Assembly: GCA_963724765.1 (NCBI GenBank)
Contig: CAVRVY010000003.1
Coordinates: forward strand, 160,001 to 224,000
Length of the DNA stretch: 64,000 nucleotides
From: an uncultured delta proteobacterium
Lineage (GTDB): Bacteria > Desulfobacterota > Binatia > Binatales > Binataceae
Direction of reading: 5' to 3'
Position numbers and translations under genes: made by a program
The notes under the pieces: model-generated
Told to the model about the DNA's origin: nothing
The model's database searches: none
The model's input: the letters and a program-made list of their open reading frames with translations, nothing else
Shown: piece by piece, positions 21,875 through 33,035 of the stretch
How positions within the stretch are numbered: the first letter of the stretch is position 1
Layout: each line of letters opens with the position of its first letter

Positions 21875-22199
21875 AATAAGTCAAATAAATCCAACACTTT
21901 TACTGAGGCCGTCACGGTATTTCAATTGGCTTTCAACGCGGATTGCTCGCGAAGTGTCCGCATCTGTCAAGAGTCGAGACATTCTGGATGTCCAGAAAAT
22001 GACGTGAGAAACCTGCTGCAGCCATAATAACAAGCGCACAGGGCGAACCCCTCTTCACCGCCCCGTTTGGAGATTAGCTTCGAAGCTAGATCCTGATCCT
22101 CCGCCGGGGAAACACGGATGAAGCTCGAGGCGAATCACGAGCGTTGAGCGCGGTCGGGCAAACCCGGAACCCTACTAGCACTACATTAAGGAGCAATTA

Positions 22200-22330
22200 A
22201 AAGCCGCCGTGCCGGAATGGATCCGGACACGGTGCCGCTGCGTGAGGTGAGAGCGCTCGGCTATCCGCGTGGCGCGAACATACTGAAAGATCACTTCGCG
22301 ATGTTAATGCCAATGGCCAAGCAGGTTCGG
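22200..22330 (+). pseudogene. Short IstA-like transposase remnant
   Basis: VPLREVRALGYPRGANILKDHF resembles the IstA 'LLREL...GY.GG.TILKDY' segment. Confidence 0.4.
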
Positions 22331-22461
22331 TCTATCCGGAGCGGCGGACTCCACCATGAAGATGAGCCAGACAACCGCGCGAGCTGTACCTCACTTGGAC
22401 GGGTCGCCGACCGCGCTCGCAGATGGCAAAACTACCACATTGCGCTAATCAATGGCGCTGA

Positions 22462-23556
22462 CTAATCAATGGCGCTGACGGTGGCGGGCGAATCGGCGAA
22501 ATACTTCCGCCGTGTCCACAAAGCTACGTCAACCAACCCGATCATCACCGGCACCTCGATCAGCGGTCCGATCACTGCGGCGAAGGCCGCGCCGCTATCG
22601 ATCCCAAATGTCGCAACCGCAACCGCGATCGCGAGTTCAAAATTGTTCGAGGCTGCCGTGAACGACAATGTTGCGCATTGCGGGTATGTCGCGCCTACCC
22701 GCCTGCTCAGCGCGAACGATACTGCGAACATGATTCCGAAATAAATCATCAGCGGGATTGCGATACGTACGACATCGATCGGCATCCGAACAATTGCCGC
22801 ACCCTTGATCGAGAACATCACTACGATGGTGAAGAGCAGGAACGTCAGCGTCAGCGGGCTAATCTTTGGAATGAAGTGCTGCCGATACCAGCTCTTTCCC
22901 TTTGCGGCAGTCAACACTTTCCACGTCGCCAGGCCAGCGACGAAGGGGAGGCCCAGGTAGATGCCAACGCTCTCGGCAATCTGGCCGATCGTGATGTCAA
23001 CGATTGCGCCGCCGAGGCCGAGCCATCGCGGGAGCACCGTGATGAACACGAAGGCGTAAACCGAAAAGAACAGCACTTGAAAGATCGAGTTGAAAGCTAC
23101 CAGTCCCGCGCAATAGTCGGGATCGCCATTGGCGAGATCGTTCCAGACGATCACCATCGCAATGCAGCGCGCGAGGCCGATCAAGATAAGCCCAACCATG
23201 AACTCAGGACGATCGCGCAAGAAGATGATCGCCAGCGCGAACATCAGGATTGGACCGATAATCCAGTTCTGTAAGAGCGACAGCCCGAGAATTTTCCAAT
23301 CGCTGAAAACGTCGCCCAATTCGTCGTAGTTCACCTTCGCTAGCGGCGGATACATCATGAGGATGAGACCGATTGCGATCGGTATGGAGGTCGTGCCGAC
23401 GCTCATGCGGTCGAAGCTCGCCTTCACGTCTGGGAAAATCGCACCAATCGCGATCCCCGCCGCCATTGCGAGAAAAATCCACAATGTGAGGTAGCGATCG
23501 AGGAAGGAGAGCCTGCGTAAGATCGGCGTTTGGGCTATCGACACAGTGGCGCTCAT
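22462..23556 (-). CDS. acr3: ACR3 family arsenite efflux transporter
   Basis: [49 protein letters not shown]. Confidence 0.96.
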   Translation of the reverse strand: MSATVSIAQTPILRRLSFLDRYLTLWIFLAMAAGIAIGAIFPDVKASFDRMSVGTTSIPIAIGLILMMYPPLAKVNYDELGDVFSDWKILGLSLLQNWIIGPILMFALAIIFLRDRPEFMVGLILIGLARCIAMVIVWNDLANGDPDYCAGLVAFNSIFQVLFFSVYAFVFITVLPRWLGLGGAIVDITIGQIAESVGIYLGLPFVAGLATWKVLTAAKGKSWYRQHFIPKISPLTLTFLLFTIVVMFSIKGAAIVRMPIDVVRIAIPLMIYFGIMFAVSFALSRRVGATYPQCATLSFTAASNNFELAIAVAVATFGIDSGAAFAAVIGPLIEVPVMIGLVDVALWTRRKYFADSPATVSAID

Positions 23557-23771
23557 TCGTCGGCTCCTATACGCACGGGCATGGAACGGGCCCCGAAATC
23601 CGTTATCTTTCCGAGTTTGCAGGATTTTACTCCGGTGCATCAACGGAGCTAACGCCTCATCGCGACTCCAAGTCTGCTGATTGAAGCATTGATCTCGAAG
23701 GCTTCTAGACGGCCGTAGCCTTAACACTCCCGTAACATGCGGTCGCTATTAGGAGTTGTGAATTCTGTAAC

Positions 23772-23791
23772 GGTTTCATATATATGGAACC
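23772..23791. promoter_or_regulatory. Palindromic ArsR-type operator between the divergent acr3 and arsR-arsC genes
   Basis: GGTTTCATATATATGGAACC, a near-perfect inverted repeat abutting ATG 23792. Confidence 0.6.
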
Positions 23792-24619
23792 ATGACAAAA
23801 GCAAACGTCATCGCAGCATTGGCCGCGCTCGCGCAGGAGACTCGTCTTGACATCTTCCGCCTGCTGGTCGAGCGAGGTCTCGAAGGAATGCCCGCCGGAG
23901 AAATTGGTGAGCGCTTGAAGTTGCCTTCGCCTACCCTCTCGTTCCATCTCAATCAGCTCAGGCACACGCGCCTCGTAACTTCGCGCCGACAGAGCAGACT
24001 GATCATCTACGGCGCCAAGTTCCGCACGATGAATGGTCTGATCGAATATCTCACCGAGAATTGCTGCGCGGGCGAAGCGAGCAATGCAATTCACGACCGT
24101 CCAAAAGGCGAAGCACCCCGACGCGAGTTGAACGTGCTCTTCCTGTGCACCAACAACTCCGCCCGCAGCATTATGGCGGAGTGCGCAATGAATCGATGGG
24201 GCGGCGGCAAATTTCACGCTTTCAGCGCCGGCAGCAAGCCGCTCGGGACTGTTCATCCGATCACCCTCCAGGTGCTGAATGAAATGAAATACGAGACCGG
24301 CGGACTACGGAGCAAGGACTGGAACGAGTTCGCTCAGCCCGACAGCCCACCGCTCGATTTTGTTTTCACCCTCTGCGACCGCGCCGCCGCCGAGGTCTGC
24401 CCTACCTGGCCGGGCCAGCCGATAAGAGCGCATTGGGGCATTCAGGACCCCGTCGCCGTCGTCGGCACGAGTGCCCCGACGCGAAAAGCCTTTTTCAAGG
24501 TCTACACCGAGCTAGAGCAACGAATCAGGATTTTCACCGCGCTTCCGATCGAGACGCTTGAACGTTTCGCCCTGGAACGGTGGGTCACGGAAATTGGCAA
24601 ATTGAATCTGGCTGCATGA
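23792..24619 (+). CDS. ArsR repressor fused to an LMW-PTP-type arsenate reductase (ArsR-ArsC)
   Basis: [27 protein letters not shown] followed by [27 protein letters not shown]. Confidence 0.93.
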   Translation: MTKANVIAALAALAQETRLDIFRLLVERGLEGMPAGEIGERLKLPSPTLSFHLNQLRHTRLVTSRRQSRLIIYGAKFRTMNGLIEYLTENCCAGEASNAIHDRPKGEAPRRELNVLFLCTNNSARSIMAECAMNRWGGGKFHAFSAGSKPLGTVHPITLQVLNEMKYETGGLRSKDWNEFAQPDSPPLDFVFTLCDRAAAEVCPTWPGQPIRAHWGIQDPVAVVGTSAPTRKAFFKVYTELEQRIRIFTALPIETLERFALERWVTEIGKLNLAA

Positions 24620-24636
24620 TGGAGACAAGAGCGGCC

Positions 24637-25674
24637 ATGCCTGTACGCGTTGGCATTAACGGGTTTGGACGGATGGGTCGGCTGGCGTTGCGCGCCGCGT
24701 TCGACAACTCCCAGATTCAGATTGTCCATATCAACGAGTTGAAAGGCGGCCCCCAGACTGCCGCTCACCTGCTCGAATTCGATAGCGTGCATGGCCGCTG
24801 GCGCGTGCCGATAGCCGCGGAAGCGCACGGGCTCAAAATAGACGGCGATCGCGTCGGCTACAGCAACTTCGACGCTCCGGGCGACGTGCCTTGGAACGAA
24901 GCGGGCGTCGAGATCGCGCTTGAGTGTTCGGGCAAGTTCCTGACTCCCGAGGCTTTGGAACCCTATTTTACGCGCGGCGTGCGCAAAGTGGTGGTCGCCG
25001 CACCGGTGAAGCAAGGCGCGCTCAATATCGTGATGGGCGTCAACGATCAGTTGTATGACCCTGAGCGGCACCACATCGTCACCGCTGCTTCATGCACGAC
25101 CAATTGCCTCGCGCCGGTGGTCAAGGTGATCCACAAGACGCTCGCCATCCGGCACGGCATCATCACCACCATTCACGACGTGACCAATACTCAAACGGTG
25201 GTGGACCTACCTCACAAGGATCTGCGGCGGGCGCGATCCGCGCTGATGTCGCTGGTGCCGACTACTACCGGCTCGGCCACCGCGATCGGTCTCATTTACC
25301 CGGAGTTGCAGGGGAAGCTTAACGGCCTCGCGGTTCGTGTCCCCCTGCTGAATGCTTCGCTGACCGACTGCGTTTTCGAAGTCGCTCGATCGACGACCAC
25401 GGCAGAGGTCAACAAATGCTTGCGGGAGGCGGCAGAAGGGGAACTCCGAGGCATCCTTGGTTTCGAGGAACGTCCACTGGTGTCGGTCGACTATTTAAAC
25501 GACCCGCGATCCTCGATCGTCGATGGCCCTTCGACCATGGTCGTTGATGGCACGCAAGTAAAAATTCTGGCCTGGTACGACAACGAATGGGGCTACGTAA
25601 ACCGGCTGGTCGAATTGGCGGCCAAGGTCGCCGCGAGCCTGCCTTCGGCAGAGCGCAGCGCCGCGGCGGTGTAG
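24637..25674 (+). CDS. gap: ArsJ-associated glyceraldehyde-3-phosphate dehydrogenase
   Basis: [29 protein letters not shown]; adjacent to arsJ. Confidence 0.93.
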   Translation: MPVRVGINGFGRMGRLALRAAFDNSQIQIVHINELKGGPQTAAHLLEFDSVHGRWRVPIAAEAHGLKIDGDRVGYSNFDAPGDVPWNEAGVEIALECSGKFLTPEALEPYFTRGVRKVVVAAPVKQGALNIVMGVNDQLYDPERHHIVTAASCTTNCLAPVVKVIHKTLAIRHGIITTIHDVTNTQTVVDLPHKDLRRARSALMSLVPTTTGSATAIGLIYPELQGKLNGLAVRVPLLNASLTDCVFEVARSTTTAEVNKCLREAAEGELRGILGFEERPLVSVDYLNDPRSSIVDGPSTMVVDGTQVKILAWYDNEWGYVNRLVELAAKVAASLPSAERSAAAV

Positions 25675-25678
25675 GACA

Positions 25679-26926
25679 GTGCGAAACGCCATACGTAACT
25701 ATGCCCTGGTCACGGGAGCCTACTGGGGTTTCACGCTCACCGACGGCGCTCTCAGAATGCTGGTGCTCCTGCATTTCGATCGGCTCGGATACAGCGCCGT
25801 CGAGATTGCTTTCCTGTTCCTGTTCTACGAATTTTTCGGGATCGTCACAAACCTGCTTGGCGGCTGGATCGCCGCCCGCTCGGGATTGAAGGTCACTCTC
25901 TATGGCGGCCTGCTCCTTCAGATCGGCGCCCTGATCATGCTGGCCTTTCTGCAGCCGGCGTGGGCTCGCGCCACAGCGGTCGCATACGTGATGGCGGCGC
26001 AGGCGCTCTCGGGAATCGCGAAAGATCTGACCAAGATGAGCGCCAAGAGCGCGATCAAGGTGGTGGTGCCGGAGGGAGAGGGCGGCGCTCTCTTCCGATG
26101 GGTTGCGCGTCTGACCGGATCGAAGAATGCGCTCAAGGGGCTCGGCTTCTTCATGGGCGGAGCGCTGCTGGGCGCGTTGGGGTTCGTCGGTTCGCTGACC
26201 GTGATGGCGGCCGGGCTGTTCGTCGTTTTGATCGGGACCGTCGTGGCGCTCCCAAGCGGTCTGGGAAAGGCCAAATCGAAAGTCAAATTCACAACGCTAT
26301 TTTCCAAGAGCTCGGCGGTGAACTGGCTTTCGGCGGCGCGCCTGTTTCTGTTCTCCGCGCGCGACGTTTGGTTCGTGGTCGGGTTGCCGGTCTTCCTGGC
26401 TTCAAATCTGCACTGGTCTTTCTGGCAGGTGGGCGCGTTCTGCGCCGCGTGGTTCGTCGGTTACGGCATCGTGCAGGCGATCGTTCCGGAGGTTCTTCGT
26501 CAGCTAGGTGCACGAGAGGGGGTTAATGGAGATACGGCTCGCCTTTGGGCTTTCGTGCTCGTCGCGATCCCGCTTGGTCTGGCGGCCGCACTGCAGCTTA
26601 ACGTTAGTCCGACCGCGGCACTGATGGTCGGGCTTGCCGTTTTCATGGTCGTGTTCGCGATCAACTCCGCCGTGCATTCGTACCTGATTCTCGCCTACTC
26701 GGAAGACGACGAAGTGGCCACCAACGTCGGGTTTTACTACATGGCGAACGCCGGCGGCAGGCTGCTGGGGACGCTGTTGTCGGGAGTGATTTTTGAATTT
26801 TACGGATTCAGCGCCTGTCTGCTTGCGTCCAGCATACTGGTCCTTGCGGCGGCGCTGTTGTCATTCAAGCTCCCGCGCGCGCGTGCGATTCCACTGACAG
26901 TGAAGCTCGAAGCGGCCGAGTCATGA
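25679..26926 (+). CDS. arsJ: Organoarsenical efflux MFS transporter ArsJ
   Basis: YWGFTLTDGALRMLVLLHF, AQALSGIAKDLTKMSAKS, VGFYYMANAGGRL. Confidence 0.95.
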   Translation: MRNAIRNYALVTGAYWGFTLTDGALRMLVLLHFDRLGYSAVEIAFLFLFYEFFGIVTNLLGGWIAARSGLKVTLYGGLLLQIGALIMLAFLQPAWARATAVAYVMAAQALSGIAKDLTKMSAKSAIKVVVPEGEGGALFRWVARLTGSKNALKGLGFFMGGALLGALGFVGSLTVMAAGLFVVLIGTVVALPSGLGKAKSKVKFTTLFSKSSAVNWLSAARLFLFSARDVWFVVGLPVFLASNLHWSFWQVGAFCAAWFVGYGIVQAIVPEVLRQLGAREGVNGDTARLWAFVLVAIPLGLAAALQLNVSPTAALMVGLAVFMVVFAINSAVHSYLILAYSEDDEVATNVGFYYMANAGGRLLGTLLSGVIFEFYGFSACLLASSILVLAAALLSFKLPRARAIPLTVKLEAAES

Positions 26927-27441
26927 ATCCGCGCATCTTCAACGTGTTGTTCCTATGCACTGGCAATTCGGCCCGCAGCATCATGGCGGAATGCGCGACA
27001 AACCGGTGGGGTAGGGAAACATTCAAGGGGTTTAGCGCTGGCAGTCATCCACTGGGCAGAATTCATCCGATGACTCTGGAGGTCCTGAAAGAATTGAACT
27101 ACGACACGTCAGGACTCCGCAGCAAGAGCTGGGATGAGTTCGTCCGCTCGGACAGCCCGCCGCTCGATTTCGTATTCACGCTCTGCGACCAGGTTGCTGG
27201 TGAGGTATGTCCGGTGTGGCCCGGAAAGCCGCTGACTGCATATTGGGGGTCAGCCAATCCAGTCAGTTTCGAGGGGAGCGAAGAACAAAAGCGCCGGTTC
27301 TTTCACAAAATCTATCGGGAGCTCGAGACCCGTATAAAGCTTTTCACCCTTTTGCCCGTTGGTGCTCTCGACAGTCTTTCGCTCCAAAGTCGGATAACGG
27401 AGATCGGCAAGGTCAAATCTTTGGCTGATCGCTCAGGTTGA
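26923..27441 (+). CDS. arsC: Arsenate reductase, LMW-PTP family
   Basis: LFLCTGNSARS, FTLCD, CPVWPG. Confidence 0.9.
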   Translation: MNPRIFNVLFLCTGNSARSIMAECATNRWGRETFKGFSAGSHPLGRIHPMTLEVLKELNYDTSGLRSKSWDEFVRSDSPPLDFVFTLCDQVAGEVCPVWPGKPLTAYWGSANPVSFEGSEEQKRRFFHKIYRELETRIKLFTLLPVGALDSLSLQSRITEIGKVKSLADRSG

Positions 27442-27530
27442 TCTCATTTCGTCACGTTCCGGTTTCGAAGAAGACAACCACAGTGCTACTAGCGCTCTCG
27501 CATGGAACAAACTGCCAACGGAGAAAACTC

Positions 27531-28589
27531 GTGAAACGCAATTGTACCCTGAACATGATGCCCGTGGTCTTCCTGCTCCTGCTGCTGGCCGCACCATTAT
27601 CCAATGGCGCGGCACTCGCCGACACCTTGGTGATTAAGGGGGACGGCTCAACCTTCGCCTATCCAATGTACAGCAAATGGATCGAGGAATATGAGAAGGA
27701 CGATCCGGCGGTGCGTTTGACCTACGTGTCGAACGGCTCGGGCGCCGGCATCCATGACATTATGCTGGGAACCGTGGACTTTGCCGGCACTGACGGCCCT
27801 CTGAACAAAACACAAATGTTGGATTTCGCTACGCACCAAAACTGCGAGGTGTTGCACTTTCCCACGGCGCTCGGAGCCGACGTTCCCATCTATAACGTAC
27901 CGGGAGTCATCCAGGCGCTTAACTTCACCCCACAGGCCCTCGCGGGCATATATCTTGGAACAATTACCAAATGGAACGACCCCGAGATCACCAAACCTAA
28001 TCCGAATGTATCGCTGCCCGTTAACGATATTGTGGTCGTCCATCGGCAGGACGGCAGCGGAACCACTTACGTATGGACCGACTATCTAACCAAAGTCAGC
28101 TCGGGCTGGCAGCAGCGCGTTGGGGTGGGAATTTCGGTCATATGGCCGGGCGGAGTCGCGGCTACAGGCAACGAAGGGGTTGTCCAGGTGGTCGCACGCA
28201 CGCCGTATTCGATTGGGTATTCAGAGCTTACGTATGCGGTTCGAAATCGATTGTTTTATGGTAGCGTCGCCAACCGCAGCGGGCAGTTCGTTCAGGCCAA
28301 TCTGGCCAGCGTTACAGCGGCGGCCGTGGGCGTAGCGAACAATATGCCCGACGACTTTCGGGTTTCGATCACCGACGCGCCGGGTCAAGACGCCTATCCG
28401 ATTTCGAGTTTCACCTGGATGTTGCTTCCTTCCGTTATTGCCGATACGGCAAAGCGAGAGGCACTCATAAAGTTTCTGCAGTGGGGTTTGACCAAAGGCC
28501 AGGATTATCTCGAACCGCTATCTTATGCACGGCTCCCCAACGTAGTGATTGCCAAGGAAGTCAAAGCTATTAGCAAAATCAAACCATGA
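27531..28589 (+). CDS. pstS: Phosphate ABC transporter substrate-binding protein PstS (divergent paralog 1)
   Basis: GDGSTFAYP, GSGAG, DFAGTD, HRQDGSGTT, AYPISSFTW. Confidence 0.92.
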   Translation: MKRNCTLNMMPVVFLLLLLAAPLSNGAALADTLVIKGDGSTFAYPMYSKWIEEYEKDDPAVRLTYVSNGSGAGIHDIMLGTVDFAGTDGPLNKTQMLDFATHQNCEVLHFPTALGADVPIYNVPGVIQALNFTPQALAGIYLGTITKWNDPEITKPNPNVSLPVNDIVVVHRQDGSGTTYVWTDYLTKVSSGWQQRVGVGISVIWPGGVAATGNEGVVQVVARTPYSIGYSELTYAVRNRLFYGSVANRSGQFVQANLASVTAAAVGVANNMPDDFRVSITDAPGQDAYPISSFTWMLLPSVIADTAKREALIKFLQWGLTKGQDYLEPLSYARLPNVVIAKEVKAISKIKP

Positions 28590-28739
28590 CAATCGTTATG
28601 CGCAAGAGCGACGATGCTGCGATCAAGAGAAGGCGCGGGAAACTTGCCGCTCTCGTTGAGTTTCAACGGGTTGAAGCTCTCCATGCGGCCTCGCCTGCGG
28701 TTGGCATGCGCACATGTCTCATCTTGGCGGCGCGGGGGC

Positions 28740-28994
28740 CTCATGCTGGCAGAAAGGCGATCATGGTTGTTCTGCTATCTTCTGTTTGCTTCGTTCGCCG
28801 TGCCGTTGCTACTGGCTGCCGCAGCGGAGGCAGCGGGAGACAGTCTTCTCTGGTCAGGGCCTTACGCAAAGGCTGAGACCGACGATCGGCCTACCTATCG
28901 CGCTGGTTCATCCGGGACGCTTTTCCAGATGATGCAAGGGACAGTCGACTTTGCGCTGAGTGACATCCCAATGACCGATAGGGACCGCGTTTAA
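28740..28994 (+). pseudogene. PstS N-terminal remnant
   Basis: Signal-like segment, then GSSGTLFQMMQGTVDFALSDIPMTD, ending early. Confidence 0.6.
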
Positions 28995-29029
28995 CTCTCC
29001 GTTCATTCAATCTTAACTTTACCTTAATC
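28990..29029 (+). promoter_or_regulatory. Pho-box-like direct repeat array
   Basis: TTAAC/TTCAT/TTAAC/TTAAT at 28991, 29002, 29013 and 29024 (exact 11-nt period) upstream of pstSCAB. Confidence 0.7.
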
Positions 29030-29146
29030 GACGCGGCCGGCCGTTCAATTATGCTGACGTGGGCTAGTGTGTGGGCGTTCATTGTGTTGGCGTGCAACGC
29101 TCGAGGCCGCAAAAATGAAAAGGATGAAACAGGAAAAAGGACGCCT

Positions 29147-30217
29147 ATGAGACTCGGAGCACATTTGATCAAGAACCCATTTTTTGCGTCGCGTCGCAAG
29201 TTCGGCATGTGGTTGCTGGCCGGAACAGTAATGTTGTGTTTAGCAGTGGTCTCCAGGGCGGCCCTATCGCTCACGGGGGCTGGGGCCACGTTTCCGTATC
29301 CAATGTATTCAAAGTGGTTTGACGCATATCACAAAGCGCATCCGGACGTTGAGATTAACTATCAATCGATCGGCTCGGGCGGCGGCATCCGGCAGGTCAC
29401 TGCGGGTACAGTCGATTTCGGAGCCAGCGACGGACCGATGACCGATGAGCAAATTGCTGCTTTTAAAGAGAAACGGGGCACTAATCCATTACACTTTCCA
29501 ACTGTCCTTGGTGCTGACGTACCTGCCTATAACGTACCAGGCGTTCAGGCAGAACTGCGGTTTACGCCGGAAGCATTGGCCGGTATTTTTCTCGGCAAAA
29601 TTACTAAATGGAACGACCAGGCCATCGCCAATGCAAACCCTGGCGTGACGCTTCCCGGTACGGATATCGTTGTGGCGCATCGCGCCGACGGTAGTGGAAC
29701 GACGTATGTGTGGACCGATTATCTGTCCAAAATTAGTCCCGAATGGCAAAAGTCCGTTGGCAAGGGCACCTCGGTCAAGTGGCCCACTGGACTGGGTGGT
29801 AAAGGCAACGAAGGGGTGTCGGGTCTAATTAAGCAAACTTCCGGCTGTATCGGTTATATCGAATTGATCTATGCTGTGCAGAACCACATACCTTACGGTT
29901 CTGTGCGCAACGCGTCAGGCACTTTTATCAAAGCAGACCTGGCTAGCGTCAGCGCAGCAGCCGCGGGCGTGCCGATGCCCGACGATTTCCGCGTATCTAT
30001 CACCAATTCGCCGGCGGCTACCGCATACCCGATCTCCAGCTTCACTTGGTTGCTAATACCGGAGAAGATTCCGGATCAGACAAAGAAGCAATCCATTGTC
30101 GACTTCCTGCACTGGATGCTCACCGAGGGGCAGACAATGACTGAGGCGCTCGCCTACGCCCCGCTTCCGAAACCGGTAGTTGAGAAAGAAGAACAGGCAA
30201 TCACCAAGATTCAGTGA
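29147..30217 (+). CDS. pstS: Phosphate ABC transporter substrate-binding protein PstS (canonical paralog 2)
   Basis: GAGATFPYP, GSGGG, DFGASD, HRADGSGTT, GGKGNEGV. Confidence 0.96.
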   Translation: MRLGAHLIKNPFFASRRKFGMWLLAGTVMLCLAVVSRAALSLTGAGATFPYPMYSKWFDAYHKAHPDVEINYQSIGSGGGIRQVTAGTVDFGASDGPMTDEQIAAFKEKRGTNPLHFPTVLGADVPAYNVPGVQAELRFTPEALAGIFLGKITKWNDQAIANANPGVTLPGTDIVVAHRADGSGTTYVWTDYLSKISPEWQKSVGKGTSVKWPTGLGGKGNEGVSGLIKQTSGCIGYIELIYAVQNHIPYGSVRNASGTFIKADLASVSAAAAGVPMPDDFRVSITNSPAATAYPISSFTWLLIPEKIPDQTKKQSIVDFLHWMLTEGQTMTEALAYAPLPKPVVEKEEQAITKIQ

Positions 30218-30218
30218 T

Positions 30219-31202
30219 ATGGGTGGCGCGACAACTAAACAGGAGCTAGCCCGCTCGACCGATCGGATTAACTCCGCTTCCGGTGCCAAACAGTTGGAAC
30301 GCCGCGACCTGCCTGCCTATTTCATAACCCTTGGCTGCGCGGCCGGTGTTATTCTCATAACTGCTCTTCTCGTCTACGTACTGTGGAGCGAATCTGCTCT
30401 GGCAAGACAAAAGTTCGGTTGGCGGTTTCTCTTTACTCAGGACTGGGACCCGGTAGCCGAAGATTTTGGAGCTTTGCCATTCATTTACGGAACCGTGGTT
30501 ACTTCAGCAATCGCTCTGCTGATCGCGGTGCCCATGGGCGTCGGCGCCGCTATTTTTCTGGCTGAACTCGCGCCGCCGCGAATATCCAGTGCTCTGACAT
30601 TCATGATTGAGCTGCTGGCGGCGGTTCCCAGCGTGATCTTCGGATTGTTAGGTATTTTCGTACTAGTCTCAGTATTGCACGAGGTGGTTCCGACCTTGAA
30701 AGATGTTTTGGGGTTCCTGCCATTGTTTCAGGGTCCGTTCTATGGAGTCAGTATGTTGTCGGCCGGCATCGTACTGTCGATCATGATCGTTCCGTTCATT
30801 ACCTCCATCTCGCGCGAGGTTCTTCTTGCAGTACCTCTCGGGCAGCGGGAAGGATCAGCGGCGACAGGAGCGACGAGATGGGAAACCACTTGGCGCGTGG
30901 TGGTTCCCCAGGCCCGTAAAGGCATTATCGGTTCGGTCTTCCTGGCTCTGGCACGGGCGCTCGGCGAAACGATGGCAGTGACAATGGTGATCGGAAACAA
31001 TCCGCAGATCAAAGCTACGCTGCTAGCCCCCGGGTACTCAATCGCAGCCGTCATTGCGAATGAATTCACGGAGGCCACCAGTGACCTCTACGTAAATGCC
31101 TTGGTCGAACTGGGATTGGTGCTTTTTGCGTTGACATTTGTAATTAACGGAATTGCGCACCTCCTGGTATGGAGCGTGACTGGAATCGAACCCGGCGAAT
31201 GA
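30219..31202 (+). CDS. pstC: Phosphate ABC transporter permease PstC
   Basis: FGALPFIYGT, ELLAAVPSVIFG, RALGETMAV. Confidence 0.95.
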   Translation: MGGATTKQELARSTDRINSASGAKQLERRDLPAYFITLGCAAGVILITALLVYVLWSESALARQKFGWRFLFTQDWDPVAEDFGALPFIYGTVVTSAIALLIAVPMGVGAAIFLAELAPPRISSALTFMIELLAAVPSVIFGLLGIFVLVSVLHEVVPTLKDVLGFLPLFQGPFYGVSMLSAGIVLSIMIVPFITSISREVLLAVPLGQREGSAATGATRWETTWRVVVPQARKGIIGSVFLALARALGETMAVTMVIGNNPQIKATLLAPGYSIAAVIANEFTEATSDLYVNALVELGLVLFALTFVINGIAHLLVWSVTGIEPGE

Positions 31203-31208
31203 TTTGTT

Positions 31209-32036
31209 ATGTGGAGAAAAGTTGTCAACATTTTGATGTTCGGCCTGACCGGGTTCTGCGCCTTCATGTCGGTTGGCATCCTTTTTTTCATACTCAGCTA
31301 CCTCTTCTGGCAAGGCTGCACCAGCCTTAGCTGGAACTTCTTTACAAAACTCCCTACGCCGGTGGGGGAGCTTGGCGGGGGAATGGCCAACGCGATCGTC
31401 GGTAGCGGAAAGCTGTTGTTGTTGGCAACGCTGTTCGGGGTACCAGCAGGCTTCCTAGCCGGCGTCTACCTGGCCGAATTCGGTGGCACTATGTTCCCGC
31501 TTGCGGTTCGCTATACCACTGATCTGCTCAACGGTGTTCCGTCTATTGTCATGGGCATCTTTGCCTATGCGCTGGTGGTCCAGCCAACACATCATTTTTC
31601 CGCCTTTGCGGGAGGGCTGGCGCTCGGCGTTATGATGATCCCGATATCGCTGCGTAGCACCGAAGAGTTCCTGCGGGCCGTGCCTCAAAGTCTTCGCGAA
31701 GGCGCCGTCGCTTTGGGAGCGAGTAAATCCAGAGCGATTTTTACGATAGTTGTGCCCGCTGCAATGAAGGGCATTGTAACCGGTACCATGCTCGACTTGG
31801 CACGAGTTGCCGGCGAAACGGCGCCACTCCTATTCACGAGTTTCAGCAACCGCTTCTGGAGTCCCGGCTGGAATCATCCGATGGCCTCGTTACCTGTGAT
31901 GATTTTTACTTACGCGATCGCACCCTACCCTGATTGGCATCGCCAAGCGTGGGCGGCGGGCTTCGTGCTGGTAGCGGCGGTGCTGGCGGTTAATACGATC
32001 TCGCGGCTGATTCTCTCGCGCGGCGGATATCTCTAA
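31209..32036 (+). CDS. pstA: Phosphate ABC transporter permease PstA
   Basis: GG.ANAIVGS, GVPSIVMG, ARVAGETAPLLFT. Confidence 0.95.
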   Translation: MWRKVVNILMFGLTGFCAFMSVGILFFILSYLFWQGCTSLSWNFFTKLPTPVGELGGGMANAIVGSGKLLLLATLFGVPAGFLAGVYLAEFGGTMFPLAVRYTTDLLNGVPSIVMGIFAYALVVQPTHHFSAFAGGLALGVMMIPISLRSTEEFLRAVPQSLREGAVALGASKSRAIFTIVVPAAMKGIVTGTMLDLARVAGETAPLLFTSFSNRFWSPGWNHPMASLPVMIFTYAIAPYPDWHRQAWAAGFVLVAAVLAVNTISRLILSRGGYL

Positions 32037-32058
32037 AAAATAGCCGACTAGCGCATTT

Positions 32059-32883
32059 ATGAAAGTTCTATCGCACACCTTGGCAGGCACGGCCGACATA
32101 TCGCCGAACGGTTCAAATCAACCGGTCGAGCATTCTCGCCTGAAGATGAACATTGTGGATCTGAACTTTTACTACGGAAAGTCGAAAGCACTTCACAATA
32201 TCAACCTCCAAGTCAGGGCCAACCACATCACCGCTCTCATCGGTCCGTCCGGCTGCGGCAAATCCACTTTCATTCGTACCTTGAACCGGATGTACGAACT
32301 TGTACGTCATACTCGCGTCGAGGGCGAAGTGACCCTCGATGACGAAAGCATTTTCGCCATGGACGTTTCAGACTTAAGACAACGAGTTGGGATGGTGTTC
32401 CAGAAAACCAATCCGTTCCCGAAATCCATCTTCGAGAATGTTGCCTACGGGCTGCGAGTTAAGGGTCACCAACAAAAGAGCGTTTTGGCGGATGCTGTCG
32501 AACATAGTCTGAAAAGGGCGTCGCTGTGGAAAGAAGTCCAAGACAAGCTGCAGGAGTCGGCTCTGTCGCTCTCAGGCGGTCAGCAACAACGCCTATGTAT
32601 TGCTCGGGCGCTCGCGGTCAACCCTGAAGTATTACTACTGGATGAGCCGTGTTCCGCGCTGGACCCGATCTCGACGGCAAAGATAGAGGCGTTGCTGATG
32701 GAACTTAAGCAATCCTGCACAATTGTGATTGTAACGCACAATATGCAGCAGGCTTCAAGAGTCTCGGATTATACGGGATATTTTTTACTCGGAGAGCTTC
32801 TTGAGTTCGACAGGACTCCAACGATATTTCAGAAGCCGTCTCGTAGGGAGACAGAAGATTACATAACAGGGCGCTTCGGATAA
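32059..32883 (+). CDS. pstB: Phosphate ABC transporter ATPase PstB
   Basis: [39 protein letters not shown]. Confidence 0.96.
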   Translation: MKVLSHTLAGTADISPNGSNQPVEHSRLKMNIVDLNFYYGKSKALHNINLQVRANHITALIGPSGCGKSTFIRTLNRMYELVRHTRVEGEVTLDDESIFAMDVSDLRQRVGMVFQKTNPFPKSIFENVAYGLRVKGHQQKSVLADAVEHSLKRASLWKEVQDKLQESALSLSGGQQQRLCIARALAVNPEVLLLDEPCSALDPISTAKIEALLMELKQSCTIVIVTHNMQQASRVSDYTGYFLLGELLEFDRTPTIFQKPSRRETEDYITGRFG

Positions 32884-33035
32884 GCTCGGATCGTTCAACG
32901 AGTCTAACGAAGGACGATCCAGCGCACGGAATGTGACTACAGGCACGTCTAGCTGTCTCGTTCCAATATGATTTGTCCAACTTTTTTCCAAACGTGCCAA
33001 ACAGGAAAACCTAATTTCGGCAGCGGAGTGAAACG

